From: Octopus vulgaris
Taxonomy: Eukaryota
DNA length: 64,000 nt
Reading direction: 5' to 3'
Assembly: GCA_951406725.2 (NCBI GenBank)
Contig: OX597835.1
Coordinates: 16,492,001 to 16,556,000, forward strand
Part shown: in pieces, positions 26,601 to 40,285 of the stretch
Layout: the number at the start of each line of letters is the position of its first letter
Numbering within the stretch: position 1 is the stretch's first letter
Position numbers and translations under genes: made by a program
The notes under the pieces: model-generated
What the model was told of the DNA's origin: nothing
The model's input: only the letters and a program-made list of their open reading frames with translations
The model's database searches: none

Positions 26601-28333
26601 TAATAATGATTAACAGTTGTAATTATCTTTTATCTACAAGGGCGACGGATAAGGAGGTGGGGTGGGGCAAGGTAGGAAAATATTACAAAGGCAAATTACA
26701 ACCACAAAAATAAAGTTGTTTAGCCACAGGTCAGTCAGCCCTGACCAAGCAGACAGACAGAGAAGTGTAGTTAGTCAAAGGCATACCATGACCATCACGC
26801 CGTTTCCCGGTGTTTGGGCAAAGGTAACAGGATATTATCTGACCTGACGTGACCTTTTTTATTTATTTTTTTTTTTTTCTAAGACGGTAAGAGTGCATGA
26901 CTTCTTGAGGGAGATTTGACTGCTATTTCTAGCAGCCCGAAAGACTATAAACAAGCTTCTGGGGTTTGGGGGGAGGGCAGGAAACAACCACCCATCCACT
27001 CACCCAGTATTTAATAACTGGTATTTATTTTATCCGCTACATTTCCTCCCCATGGAAACATGGAAAACAAAGTAAACCAAGGCCACATGAAAATTTTTTT
27101 TAAAAAACGTAGAAAAAATTATAATTATAGCAAATTTCAATAATAATAATAATAATAATTAGCATCAGCATTATCAGTATGCGAAATTAATTTTGCAGCA
27201 AAAATAAAAACCCAGTGTAACATCACAAATATTAACTATTATTAATAACAATAGTAGTAGTAGTAATAATAATATTCGATGTCCAGCCCTGCAAAGGGCG
27301 GGAATCGAACTCACAAGTGCTAAGGGTCTGGGAGCTATATTATTCATCATATACATACAACAGAGTAATTTCGGTACAACAATGACGACTACGCCATCAA
27401 TACTAATTGTCTTAATTTAAACAACGAATTAGGTGGAGTGCAACTAAGAAATTATAATAATGATCTTAATTAAGCATAAAGTCACCTAACAGATTTTTAT
27501 TTATTCATTTATTTATTTATTTATCATCACCATCATTATTATTACTATTGTTTTCATTAAGATTATTATCTGTTGTCATGATTATTATTATTATTATTTT
27601 CATTACCACTACTACTACTACTACTGTCAATAATATATAATGATCGTTTCTTAATTAGAAAGAGACTTAACGTAAGAAATTATTATTAGTAGAATTATTA
27701 TTAGTATTGTTGTTATTATTATCATGATTGCTATTATCATCATCATCACTACCATCTACATCATTATCATCAATTTCTAATTAGTTTCTAGGTAAAAATG
27801 TGGTTAATCTTTTAGAATATAATGTTGAGCGGTGCGTGCGCGCGTGAACGATGTGCGTGTGTGTGTGTGTCAATGCGTTGTTAAAAGGTATATATGTATA
27901 TGTGTCAGTAAAAGGTGTGTGTATATCCTTGTGTATGTATGTATGTATGTATCTATGTATATATATATATATTTATGTATATGAATGTACATACAATCGT
28001 GTATACGTGGTTGGTTGTTGTCTTACAATTGCCAAGGGTCATTTCTAAACAGGCTGGATATGTGTACGGGGCAAGGGTGGGATGCAATGTTCTGGAAGGG
28101 AATGGGTAGGAAGAAGTCCCTAAATAATTGAAGTGCCTGCCAATGGAATAAATAAGTCAGGTCTCCCGAGAGAGAGAGAGAGAGAGAGTAGGGGGGAAAT
28201 AAAAGAAGTAAGACAAGGCAAGTGGGAAGATGAGAGTTCTAGCAGAGCTCTTGAGACCTTCCTGCATGCAGACGTTTCCACACTAGGAACGAACCGTTTT
28301 TCTGCCATCCCTGCACAATTTATACACGCACAA

Positions 28334-28364
<31 letters not shown>

Positions 28365-28387
28365 TACAGAGTTGAGATAGGTGTGTG

Positions 28388-28420
<33 letters not shown>

Positions 28421-28603
28421 GTGTATATATATGTATGTATGTATGTAGTATGTATGTGTATATATATATGTGTGTGTGCGTGTATATATATATATCATGT
28501 ATGTATGTATGTATGTATGCATAGATAGGTACAGGATCAGAGGTGCGCGCGAACATACATATATGTAATCACACACGTATATATATCGTGTATATGTGTG
28601 TGC

Positions 28604-28642
<39 letters not shown>

Positions 28643-29084
28643 AACACACAATTTATAGCTAGAGAGAGTGGAATATGTTCGAAATTCCTAGTTGTGTGTG
28701 TATATATATAGATAGATAGATATATATATAGATATATATATATATATAATTACTGTACGTACATAAAGATAAATTGAATTTATATATATATATATACACA
28801 CACACACATACGTTTGTGTGTGTGAGAGTGTGCATAAGAGAGAATGGTAAATTGACAGCTAGCTAGCTATTTGGCTATTCCGGCAACACAGATAGGTAGA
28901 TAGATAGAGGAATATCTGTGGTACACTCCAACAGTACTGCCGGACACACAGATGGAAGACCAACCGACAGAACACACACACACACACGCATATATATTAT
29001 ATACAAATATATATACATACATATGCATATACATACACACTAAAACCCAGTATGATAGAATACATGTTATATTTATTATATACA

Positions 29085-29132
<48 letters not shown>

Positions 29133-29592
29133 GGTATAGATGTGTATACATATATAGAGAGAAACATACATATAGAGATCATATATATAGGAATACATAA
29201 ACACACACATGTAGAGAAAACACGCACAGATACATACATACATACATACATACATACATACATACATACATACATACATACATACATACAAACGTAGATG
29301 TTTATATATTTACATACATATATACATACAGTTATACATAGAGAGAATGTTTTATATATATATATGTACATAACACAGATATATTTATAAATATATACAT
29401 ATAGAGGGATATATATATATACATACTGAATACACATATAGACACACACACACCGAAATATATATATATATATATACATATAGATACACACACACCGAAA
29501 TATATATATATACATATAGATACACACACACATATATATATACATACAGACGTAGATGTTTATATATTTACATACATATATAACAGAGAATG

Positions 29593-29628
<36 letters not shown>

Positions 29629-29753
29629 ACACAGACACATTTATAAATACATACATACATATAGAGGGATATATATATACATACTGAATACACATATATA
29701 GTCACACACACACCGAAATATATATATATATATATATAGATACACACACATAT

Positions 29754-29786
<33 letters not shown>

Positions 29787-30199
29787 CACATACACGCATA
29801 TATATACATATATATGTAGGAATATACATACATACATACATACATATATATATAGACACAGTGCTTCATAGAGACAGGCTGAGAGAGAGAGAGAGAGGTG
29901 GAAGAGTGAATGTGGTGGAGTGAATTATTAAAGAGACAATAAAGAGACCCCTGGACAAAAATAAACAATGTTTTAACGTAGACAAAATAGTAAATAATGT
30001 TTCCAAGTAATGGTTTTACTATATTATAGTAAACACAAATGGCTAAACACATCTTTAACCAGACATAATAACTAAATAGACAGAAAATAGATATGACCTG
30101 TTCTTTTGTCGAAAACTGCTGCTGCTGCTGTTGATGTTGTTGTTGTTGTTGTTGTTCTTCTAACTACTGCTGCTGCTGCCGCCTTCTCTACCTCTCATT

Positions 30200-31500
30200 C
30201 ACTCACTCACTCTCTATCTATCTAATTCCATGCTACCTCCCTTACTCTTTCCTGTCTGTCTTCTTCTTCTCTATGTCTCCCTTACTCTTTCCTGTCTGTC
30301 TCTTTCTCTGTGTCTCTCTCTTACTCTTTTTCTCCCTCTCTGTTTCTCATCCTTTATACCCCTCACTTGATTCTCTTACTTATAAACTAGCACCTCTCTG
30401 TCTTTCTCTTTCTCTCTTACTCTTTTTCTCCCTCTCTGTTTCTCATCCTTTACACCCTCAATTGATTCTCTTACTTATAAACTAGCACCTCTCTGTCTCT
30501 CTCTCTCTATCTATCTATCTTTCATTGCACGAAACCTCCCTCCCTTCTTTCTATTTGTCTGTCTCTCTCTTACTCTTTCACTTCGTTTACTCCTTCTACT
30601 ATTTCTTTCATTTATAAACTAACCCTCTCTATCTCTTAATACATGCTACTCCCTCACTCCTTTTTGTCTTTCTCACTTTCTCTCTCACAAAATCTCTTAT
30701 AAACTAAGATTCTCTCTCATTTAATGATAACTCTCTTACCCCTCTCTTTCTCAATATTCAATGATGCTCATACTATTCCTCTTGCTTACTTCCTTTTTCT
30801 CTTATTGATCCCCCTCTGCCTATTTATTTATTATTTCTTTTACCATTCCTCTTACTTACCACTCTCTCTCTCTCTCTATCTTCATGCTATGATATTACCC
30901 TTTATCTCTCTCATCATTCACTGATTCTCCTTCTCTACCTCTCTCATTACTTAATGCTTCTCTTCCTATTCCTCCTTCTCTCCCTCACATATTTACTACA
31001 TCTCTGTACTCACTCTCTCATATCATGTTACCTCACTTAACTCTCTCTCTCTCTCTCACACACACATTTATATATACTTCTCATCACTTACTCTCTCATA
31101 CTGTTACTTCTCTAAAACTCACTCTCTCAAACTCAGACCAAACTACCTTTCTTACTCCCCTTCCTCTCTTTCATCATTCACAGACTCTCCAATTGATCCA
31201 CCTCCCTCATTCACTTTACTTCATCTCTACCCCTCTCTTACCATTCTCTCTCTCTCTCTCTCTCTCTATTCAGTCAGAAACACCACTCACTTTGCTATCT
31301 CTCTCCTCATCTCTTCATTTATTTTATCTAAAACATACTAAAATCACTCGTATTTTTTTTTTCATTTTCCCTTCATTCTCTCCCATTCCATATATTTCAC
31401 AATCTATCTCTTCCTTCACTTACTTCTTCTTAATCCATCCCTTTTTCTTCTCACCCACTATTTCTTGTGCCCTTCATTCACACCGCTCCCCCTTTAAACC
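30200..31500. repeat. Long CT-rich polypyrimidine low-complexity tract with internal duplications
   Basis: Almost G-free plus strand. A ~100-bp duplication lies at about 30315 and 30413. Confidence 0.9.
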
Positions 31501-31716
31501 CTTCTTCCATAGTTTCAAGCGGATGTATGTGTGTGTAATTATCCAACCGTGCCAAACACAAGTTTATGCGTATGTGTGCGTATCTGTACTTGCGTGTACT
31601 CTATGTATGTATGTGTATATATATATATATATGTGTGTGTGTATCTGTATGAATGTGCGTGCCTCTGTAACCTATGCGTCATTATGTGTGGGGCTTAGGA
31701 GCAGGAAACGTGTTGA

Positions 31717-31731
31717 GCGCATGCGTATAAA
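31717..31731 (+). promoter_or_regulatory. NRF1-like motif abutting a TATA-like box
   Basis: GCGCATGCGT overlaps TATAAA, at the switch from a CT-rich to a GA-rich plus strand. Confidence 0.25.
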
Positions 31732-32632
31732 CAGCACGATAAAAACAGCTGTAGGAGGAGGAGGGAGAGGAGAGACGGTAGTAGAGGGAGGAAGTATGGC
31801 GAAGAGAGAGTAGCAGGTGACTACACATAGTTAGAGAGAGTGACTGGAAAAGAGAAAGAAAGAGTGTGTGTGTGAGAGAGAGACAGTATGAGGGAGAGAC
31901 TGAATGAAAGGAGAAAGAGAGAGACTCAATGAAAGAAATAGAAAGAGTAAGGGAGAATAACTAGAGAGAGACAGAGAGCGTGTCAAAGAGACTGATGGAA
32001 AATGTGAGGGAGGGAGTGACTAAAAGAAAGTGAGAGTGCGTGAGAGAGAGACTGATAGAAAGTGTAAGAAAGTGAAAGAGTGTGCGTGAGAGAGAAAGAC
32101 TGAATGAAAGAGAGAGATAGGGATAGAGAGAGAGAAAGAGAGAAAAAGTGTATGTGTGAGAGACTAAATAAAAGAAAGAGTGCGTGCGAGAGACCGACTG
32201 AAAGTTAGAAAGAGTGTGTGAGAAAGAGAGAAAGATTGTATGTCGGAGAAACGAACGGATTAAGAGAGAAAGAGTGTGAGTGAAAACATGCGTGCGTGTG
32301 CGCGTGAGTGAGTGAGCGCATGGAGTGACCAAGTAGGGGGAGATAAATATGAATAATTCAAACAGTGTTGGGGGCCGCTTACGTCGCTATCGGCGCACTT
32401 TGCATACCTCGTTCTATGACAAATGATGTCCGTATGTGTGGTAAGAGAAAGCTCAGCTCAAAAGGTGTGCCTAGATAATGTGAACTATACATACGGTGAG
32501 AAGGAGAGGAAAGCGACATAGATAATCGATTCTGTGTTTAGTTTGAGAGCAGCCAAGATGGACTATTTTGAAGAAAAAAGAGAGAAAAACAATTGATCTA
32601 TATCGAGAATTTATATATAGTGTTTCCGTGTG

Positions 32633-32678
<46 letters not shown>

Positions 32679-33765
32679 TGTATGTATGTGTAAATATATG
32701 TGTGTGTGTGTGTGTGTACGTATATGCGTGTATGTGTAAATATATATGTGTTTGAGAATGTGAATATATATATATATGTGTGCATGAATGTATATGTATG
32801 TATTTATACGTATACATATATATATATATATATACTTGTTTATGTACGTATATATAAGTATATCATTATATGTACACGTATACATACACCCACATATATA
32901 TATATATACATACACACATACGTGTATATATATATATATAGACAAAGATATAGATATATATGTATCAATATGTGTATGTATGTTTGTCTATATCTGCATC
33001 CACTCGCACATACATGTGCGTACTCGTATGTATGTAAGTGTGTATATAAGAATTTTTTTTTTAAATTCAGCAGTAGAAATTGTAAAGCCTGGCTGATATG
33101 TGTGTATTGTCCGATTTCAGATACACTATCGATTGGGAAAGAACATGTAGCAATAAGGGGAGGTAATTTGTGGAGGGTTTTCAATTGGTATAAATGCATA
33201 GAGAGGTGGAGGAAGGAGACGAGATGTTGAGCTAGAAGGTGAACGAGGGAGTAATCAGATTGGAGAGAGTAAGATTAGAAAGGGGGGAGAAGTAAGAGAA
33301 AAAGTAATAAATAAGAGAGTAGTAGTAGAAGGGAAAAAATTTAGAACGAGTAGAAAGGTAGAGTGAGGGAGGACACGGGACAAAAGTGCGTGAGAGAGAG
33401 AGAGATAGTCATGCATTAAAGGAGTGGGAAGAGAGTAGATAGTGTGAAAGCAGTGAGGAAAAGAGAGGCAGTAAGAATTAGAATGTGGAAAATGGAAAGT
33501 CCTCAATATATAAGAGGCAAATTGAGAGAAAAAGGATTATTTGACACCATAGGCAAGTGTCTTCTGTTAGAGCCCTGGGCCAACGAAAGCCTTGTTAGTG
33601 GATTTGGTAGATGGAAACTAAAAGAAGCCTGTCAAATATACATACAAATATATAAGTATGTATGTATCTTCTAGCAATGCAGGTGTTTCTAACATCCAAG
33701 TCGTATTTAGTGACAATTATAGTTTTCCTATTTAGTAAAACGTTACATATTGCTGTCTAAATTAA

Positions 33766-33868
<103 letters not shown>

Positions 33869-34200
33869 TATATACATATACATATATATATATATGTGTG
33901 TGTGTGTATGATCATCATTTAACGGCCGTTCTCCATGCTAGCATGAGTTGGACGGTTCGACCGGGGATCTGGGAAGCCAGAAGGCTGCACCAGGCTCCAG
34001 TCTTATCTGGCAGTGTTTCTACAGCTGGATGCCCTTCCTAACGCCAACCACTCCGTGAGTGTAGTGGGTGCTTTTTACGTGCCAGGCGAGGCTGATATTT
34101 ATATATATATATGTGTGTGTGTGTATATATGTTAAATTAAATGAGACAACAAAGCCAAGGCAGTGTGAAATTTCTAGGACATTTATAAAGAGAACGGTAG

Positions 34201-34246
34201 TCTTACAGCTGTTTCGGGGATAAGAAGGATATCCCTTCATCAGAGA
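34201..34246 (-). ncRNA. Minimal type I hammerhead ribozyme (Penelope-like element type)
   Basis: Minus strand: tct CTGATGA aGGGATA tccttct TATCCCc GAAA C AGCT G TA aga. The core is intact, stem II has 6 bp, stem III has 1 bp with a palindromic AGCU loop, the cleavage triplet is GUA and stem I has 3 bp. Confidence 0.75.
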
Positions 34247-34333
34247 TGATATGAGAGAGTTAAATAGAATGGAATAGTAGAGTTCAATATAAGAAGTTAT
34301 TTTGGGTCTTCTGGATACCAAAACCTCTTACAT

Positions 34334-34367
<34 letters not shown>

Positions 34368-34390
34368 GCATACATACATACATATGTAAG

Positions 34391-34432
<42 letters not shown>

Positions 34433-34896
34433 ACAAGCTTCTTTCAGTTTCCGTTTACCAAATCCATTCACAAGGCTTAGGTCAAGGCTAAAGTAGAAGA
34501 CACTTGCCCAAGGTGCTATGCAGTGGGACTGAACCCAGAACTATGTGGTCGAGAAGTGAGCTTCTTACCACACAGCCACATCTGATAGAAGCCCATTGTT
34601 GTGTATGTAAGAAAAGAAAATGGAGATAAGGAAGTCAACAATTATTTTTTATTAACAATTGGTCATTATTAAGAAGCGAAGATGACCAATGTGTCAATAA
34701 TAAATAATTGTTGACTTCCTTTTCTCCATTTTCTTTTCTTCTTTTGACTGGATATAAACTATTTGTTTAATATACATCGATTGTTTTAAGGCAATTTCAT
34801 TCACCAATAATACTAGGTACTGAACCAGTATTTCCTTGGATGCAACCATCCTTTCAGAAGGTTAACATATCCTCCAGTTAAATTTATATATTTATA

Positions 34897-35286
34897 CTAG
34901 CAGTATCGCCCGGCGTTGCTCGGGTTTGTAAGGGAAATAACTATATAAGCATTTTTTGAGATGTAAAGTATAATAGCCATCTCAATATGGCTAACCACAA
35001 AGGGGGGGGTGTTACTGTAGCTTTTTACGTTCTGAGATTTAATAATAAATTTTAGAGAGTTACTTCCCTTATATATGCCAAAAATGCATAAAAATGGGAA
35101 AAATTAATGGTAAATTTTTTTAAATTGTAGACTCATCGTAGACATGCGCTAATACCCAGAAGGGCTCGATATGAATCACAACTATAAGATACCCGGTTTT
35201 GGTTAAACTGCACCGCAAAATGTGGGAGTAGTTAGGAATCTAAATCGTAGGAGACAGACACACAACCTCTCTTTTATATATAAAGA
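34897..35286 (-). mobile_element. Non-autonomous Helitron (second copy)
   Basis: Same TC...CTAG termini and hairpin as 6923-7315. Confidence 0.85.
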
Positions 35287-35520
35287 TATATATATACTGT
35301 TGTGTCTGGGGAGAGTCATTCTCTTGAGTCAAAACTATTGAAAAGGTTGCAAGACACAACGAAAATTTTAGAAAATAAAAATAGGAAATAAGTGGAAATT
35401 TTACCGGTGAGTGTGTTAAATAATAAGGCACTAAAAGAGAATGACTCTCCCCGGACACAACAGAATATGCTTCAACACACGAACTCATATAAAGAATCTT
35501 GCAAACCAAATCCCAAAACA

Positions 35521-35610
<90 letters not shown>

Positions 35611-36519
35611 GAAGTGATGTACAGATATTGTATATTTAGAATAGTAGGTTAGTCAGAATGTTGGATGATTATTTATATATTTTTAAATTTACATTTTTAG
35701 CACTTTCTTCCATTATTGGATTTATCAAAAAGTGGTTTAAAGTTAGATTTTTATAGATAAAAAGGCCAAGAAGTCTAACTTTAAACCACTTTTTGATAAA
35801 TCCAAGAATGGGAGAATGTGCTAAAAATGTGAATAATAAAAAAATACATATAATTATCCAACATTCTGACTACCTTATTATTCTATATATATTTATTTAT
35901 ATATAATACCATGTAAGTTAGGGGTTATGGATCCAACCCACTAAGGGATAGTATTTATCCAATATACTGTTGGTAAAGTACCCAGATTCTTAATACATAA
36001 ATGTTTTTAATTGCAATGCAATAAACTTATTTATTATATTAAACAGGTGAAGGTAAAGAAATATTTTACCGTTAATTTATAATACAAATAAGAAAATGGA
36101 GAAACAATTTAGTTTGTTCATCAGCTTTCGGATATTAGAATGTTGAATTATTTATTCATTTAACAAAAATAAGAACCTTAATAGCATACATATATACATT
36201 ATAATTCAATGCATATAAGATAAGAATACAATTATAAAAATCATGGTATAAATTATTAAAATCATTCTTACAGCTGTTTCAGCCTATGGATAAAAGTTTC
36301 TTTTTATTGCCTATAGTTGTCAAAAGTGTTAAATTATTAAATTATTAAAACAGCTCAAAAACATTCAAATGTAACTCCTTGTTTCAAAGGTAACAATTCC
36401 AAAAAGTAATAACAACAAAACAGCAACAATGAAACAATAACAACAGAAAAAATTCTTACCACGAGGAAAGACACATGTTAACTCTTGTAAGGTAAGCAAG
36501 CTACTTACCACACGGCCAC

Positions 36520-37290
36520 TCCTGTGTACTATAGGTACAAGGTCTGAAATTTTAGGAGGAGGAGTTAGTTGATCCCATCGATCCCCTCGCGAGTCCCTGA
36601 AAGGATGAAAGATAAAGTTGACTTTGGTGGAATTTGAACTCATAACGTAAAACCAGAAGAAATGCCACTAACCATTTTCTCTGGCATGCTAACGATTCCA
36701 CCAGCTCACACTGCCTTATTGTTAATAATTAGTAATAAGGGTTTCAAATTTTGGCACAAGGCCAGCAATTTCGGGGGAGAGCATATATCAACTCCAGTGC
36801 TCGACTGGTACTTATTTTATCAACCATGAAAGGATGAAAGGCAAAGTCGACTTTGGTGGAATTTGAACTCAGAACGTAAAGATAGAAAAAAATGCTGCAA
36901 AACATTTCATCTGACATGCTAATGATTCTGCCAACTTGCCGCATTAATAATGATGATGACGGTGGTGGTGATGGTGGCGGCGGCGGTGGTGATGATGATG
37001 ATGGTGATGGTGATAATGATGATAGTGATGATGATGATGATGATGATGATATTGATGATGATGATGATGATGATGATGTTGATGATAACAATAACAATAA
37101 CAGCAACAACAACAATAATAATCCTTACTACTGGAGGCACAAGGCCTCAAATTTGGAGGGGTGGGGACTAGTCGATTAAATGGACCCCAGTGTTTCACTG
37201 GTACTTAATTTATTGACCCCCTCCCCCACCGTAAGGTTGAAAGGCAAAGTTGACCTTGGCGGAATTTGAACCCAGAACATAAGGAGCCAA
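36520..37290 (-). mobile_element. Three family B SINE remnants separated by (GAT/GGT/AAC)n
   Basis: Repeated aaggatgaaag...gactttggtggaatttgaactc blocks, with a trinucleotide field at 36945-37122. Confidence 0.8.
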
Positions 37291-37449
37291 AATGTTAAAG
37301 AGAGTTTTAAAATTGATAAATGGAAGGAAATGTTGTGAATATAATGTAGAGAATTGTATATGAGACATATTGGAAAGAGAGAGGCAGGGAGAGAATGAGG
37401 AGAGATGACCTCAGGTGAAAAGAGAGGGGGAAATGAAAAGAAGAAGAGA

Positions 37450-37690
37450 ATGATAGCGAGAGAGGGAGTGAGATAGTGTGTGTGATAGCAAGAGAAGGAG
37501 AGAGAGAGAGTGTGCGATAGCAAGAGAGAGAGAGAGTGTGTGTGATAGCAAGAGAGAGAGAGTGTGTGTGTGTGATAGCAAGAGAGAGAGAGAGTGTGTG
37601 TGATAGCAAGAGAGAGAGAGTGTGTGTGTGTGATAGCAAGAGAGAGAGAGAGAGAGTGTGTGTGTGTGTGTGATAGCAAGAGAGAGAGAG

Positions 37691-37722
<32 letters not shown>

Positions 37723-37800
37723 ATAGCAAGAGAGAGAGAGAGAGAGTGTGTGTGATTACAAAAGAGAGAGAGAGTATATGTGTTTGTGTGTAATAGCAAA
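37450..37800. repeat. Tandem unit gatagcaa(ga)n(gt)n
   Basis: About 9 copies with variable microsatellite lengths. Confidence 0.9.
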
Positions 37801-38369
37801 AGAGAGAAAAAGTGTGAGAGAGAGAATGAGTGAGTGAGTGAACAATGGAGAGAAATAGTAAGACAGAGAGAGGGGGAGAAAGAAAGAAAGAAAGAAAGAG
37901 CATGCAAGAATGATTGATAGTGACTGACAGAAACAGAGATAGCACAGAGGGAGAGAAAGAATGAGCGAGAGGGAGAGAGACAGACAGACAGAGACAGAGA
38001 ATAATAGTCAGGAAAAGATAGGTGAAAAGAAAAAGAAATGAAAGAATGAATTTATAGTGAATGAGCGAAAGTGTAAATGAGAAGAAAGAGTAAGAGTTGT
38101 GAATAAGTGAAAGTGTAAAAGAGAAGAGTGAGTGAGCATAGTAAAAGGAGGGGAAGTAAGAGCAGTGAATACGTGAAAGGGTAAGAGAGACCAGAGAGTA
38201 AGTGCAATGTAAAAGGAGAAAGAATAAAAGAGAGAAGAGAGTAAGTATTGCAATGGGAGGGAGTAAGAGTTGTGAAAGTATAAGAGAGAAGAGGGGGTAG
38301 AAGTTGGGTAAGAGTGAAGGTATAAGAGAGAGAAGAGAGTAAGTATAGTGAGAGAGAGAGAGAGAGGAG

Positions 38370-39120
38370 TAAGAGTAGTGAAGGAGTGAAAGTGTATGAG
38401 AAATGAGAGAGTAAGACTTGTGTGAGAAGAGAAAGAGATAAGAGTGATGTGGTGAAGGATAAGAATAAGAGATAGTGAAAGGGTAAGAGTGATGAAAGGG
38501 TAAGAAGTAGTGAAAGAGTAAGAGATAAGAGAGAGAGAGTACGAGACAGTGAAAGTATAAGGGAGATGAGGGAGTAAGAGTAGTGAAGGGATGAAAGTGT
38601 ATGAGAAATGAGAGAGTAAGACTTGTGTGAGAAGAGTAAGAGATAAGAGTGATGTGGTGAAGGATAAGAATAAGAGATCGTGAAAGGCTAAGAGTGATGA
38701 AAGGGTAAGAAATAGTGAAAGAGTAAGAGATAAGAGAGAGAGTATGAGACAGTGAAAGTATGAGGGAGTAAGAGTAGTGATGAAAGAGTAAGACTTGTGT
38801 GAGAAGAGTAAGAGATAAGAGTGATGTGGTAAAGGATAAGAATAAGAGATAGTGAAAGGCTAAGAGTGATGAAAGGGTAAGAAATAGTGAAAGAGTAAGA
38901 GATAAGAGAGAGAGTACGAGACAGTGAAAGTATGAGGGAGTAAGAGTAGTGATGAAAGAGTAAGACTTGTGTGAGAAGAGTAAGAGATAAGAGTGATGTG
39001 GTAAAGGATAAGAATAAGAGATAGTGAAAGGCTAAGAGTGATGAAAGGGTAAGAAATAGCGAAAGAGTAAGAGATAAGAGAGAGAGTACGAGACAGTGAA
39101 AGTATAAGGGAGATGAGGGA
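38370..39120. repeat. GA-rich tandem repeat, 4 units of about 170-205 bp
   Basis: agagtaagacttgtgtgagaagag...gtgatgtggt recurs at about 38408, 38613, 38786 and 38957. Confidence 0.9.
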
Positions 39121-39354
39121 GTGAGAGATTGCGAAAGAGTAAGAAATTATGAGAGGGTGAAAGGCAAAGAGAAGAGAGAGACAAGGTAGGAGAAATTATA
39201 TGTAATTAGACATGAGACATTATTAGAAGTGAAGTTGACATAGATGAGAGTAGACTCAGCAGAGGAATAATGTAATAATAACAATGTTGTTGTTGTTGGT
39301 GGTGGTGGTGGTGGCGGTGGTGGTGTTTAGTCCCAGGTCAACACAGAGACAGCA

Positions 39355-39857
39355 GACACATGTATGATCAAAAGGGTTCCAGACGTGACCATCAAGTAAT
39401 TTTTGAGAATGCGTCTAAGATTGTATTAAATTATTTGTGTATGTGTGTGCGGTGTGTGTGTGTGTGTGTGACACATGTATGACCAAAAGGGTTCCAGATG
39501 TGACCATCAAGTCATTTTTAAGAATGCGTCTAAGATTATATTATTTGTGTATGTGCATGTGTGACACATGTATGATCAAAAGGGTTCCAGATGTGACCAT
39601 CAAGTCATTTTTGAGAATGCGTCTAAGATTATATTATTTGTGTATGTGCATGTGTGTGTGTGTGTGTGTGACACATGTATGATCAAAAGGGTTCCAGATG
39701 TGACCATCAAGTCATTTTTAAGAATGCGTCTAAGAATATATTATTTGCGTATGTGCATGTGTGTGTGTGTGTGTGTGTGTGACACATGTATGATCAAAAG
39801 GGTTCCAGATGTGACCATCAAGTAATTTTTGAGAATGCATCTAAGATTATATTATTT

Positions 39858-39895
<38 letters not shown>

Positions 39896-39979
39896 CACAT
39901 GTATGGTCAAAAGGGTTCCAGATGTGACCATCAAGTCATTTTTGAGAATGCGTCTAAGATTATATTATTTGTGTATGTG

Positions 39980-40014
<35 letters not shown>

Positions 40015-40103
40015 CACATGTATGGTCAAAAGGGTTCCAGATGTGACCATCAAGTCATTTTTGAGAATGCGCCTAAGATTATATTGAAATATTTGTGTAT
40101 GTG

Positions 40104-40140
<37 letters not shown>

Positions 40141-40236
40141 TACATGTATGGTCAAAAGGGTTCCAGATGTGACCATCAAGTCATTTTTGAGAATGCGTCT
40201 AAGATTATATTATTTGTGTATGTGCATGTGTGTGTG

Positions 40237-40285
<49 letters not shown>

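Noticed and set aside
31025-31813. 262-aa hydrophobic ORF
   Set aside because: A CT-rich low-complexity tract that lacks stops by composition.
36744-37198. Poly-D, poly-H, poly-S and poly-M ORFs
   Set aside because: A trinucleotide microsatellite between SINE remnants.
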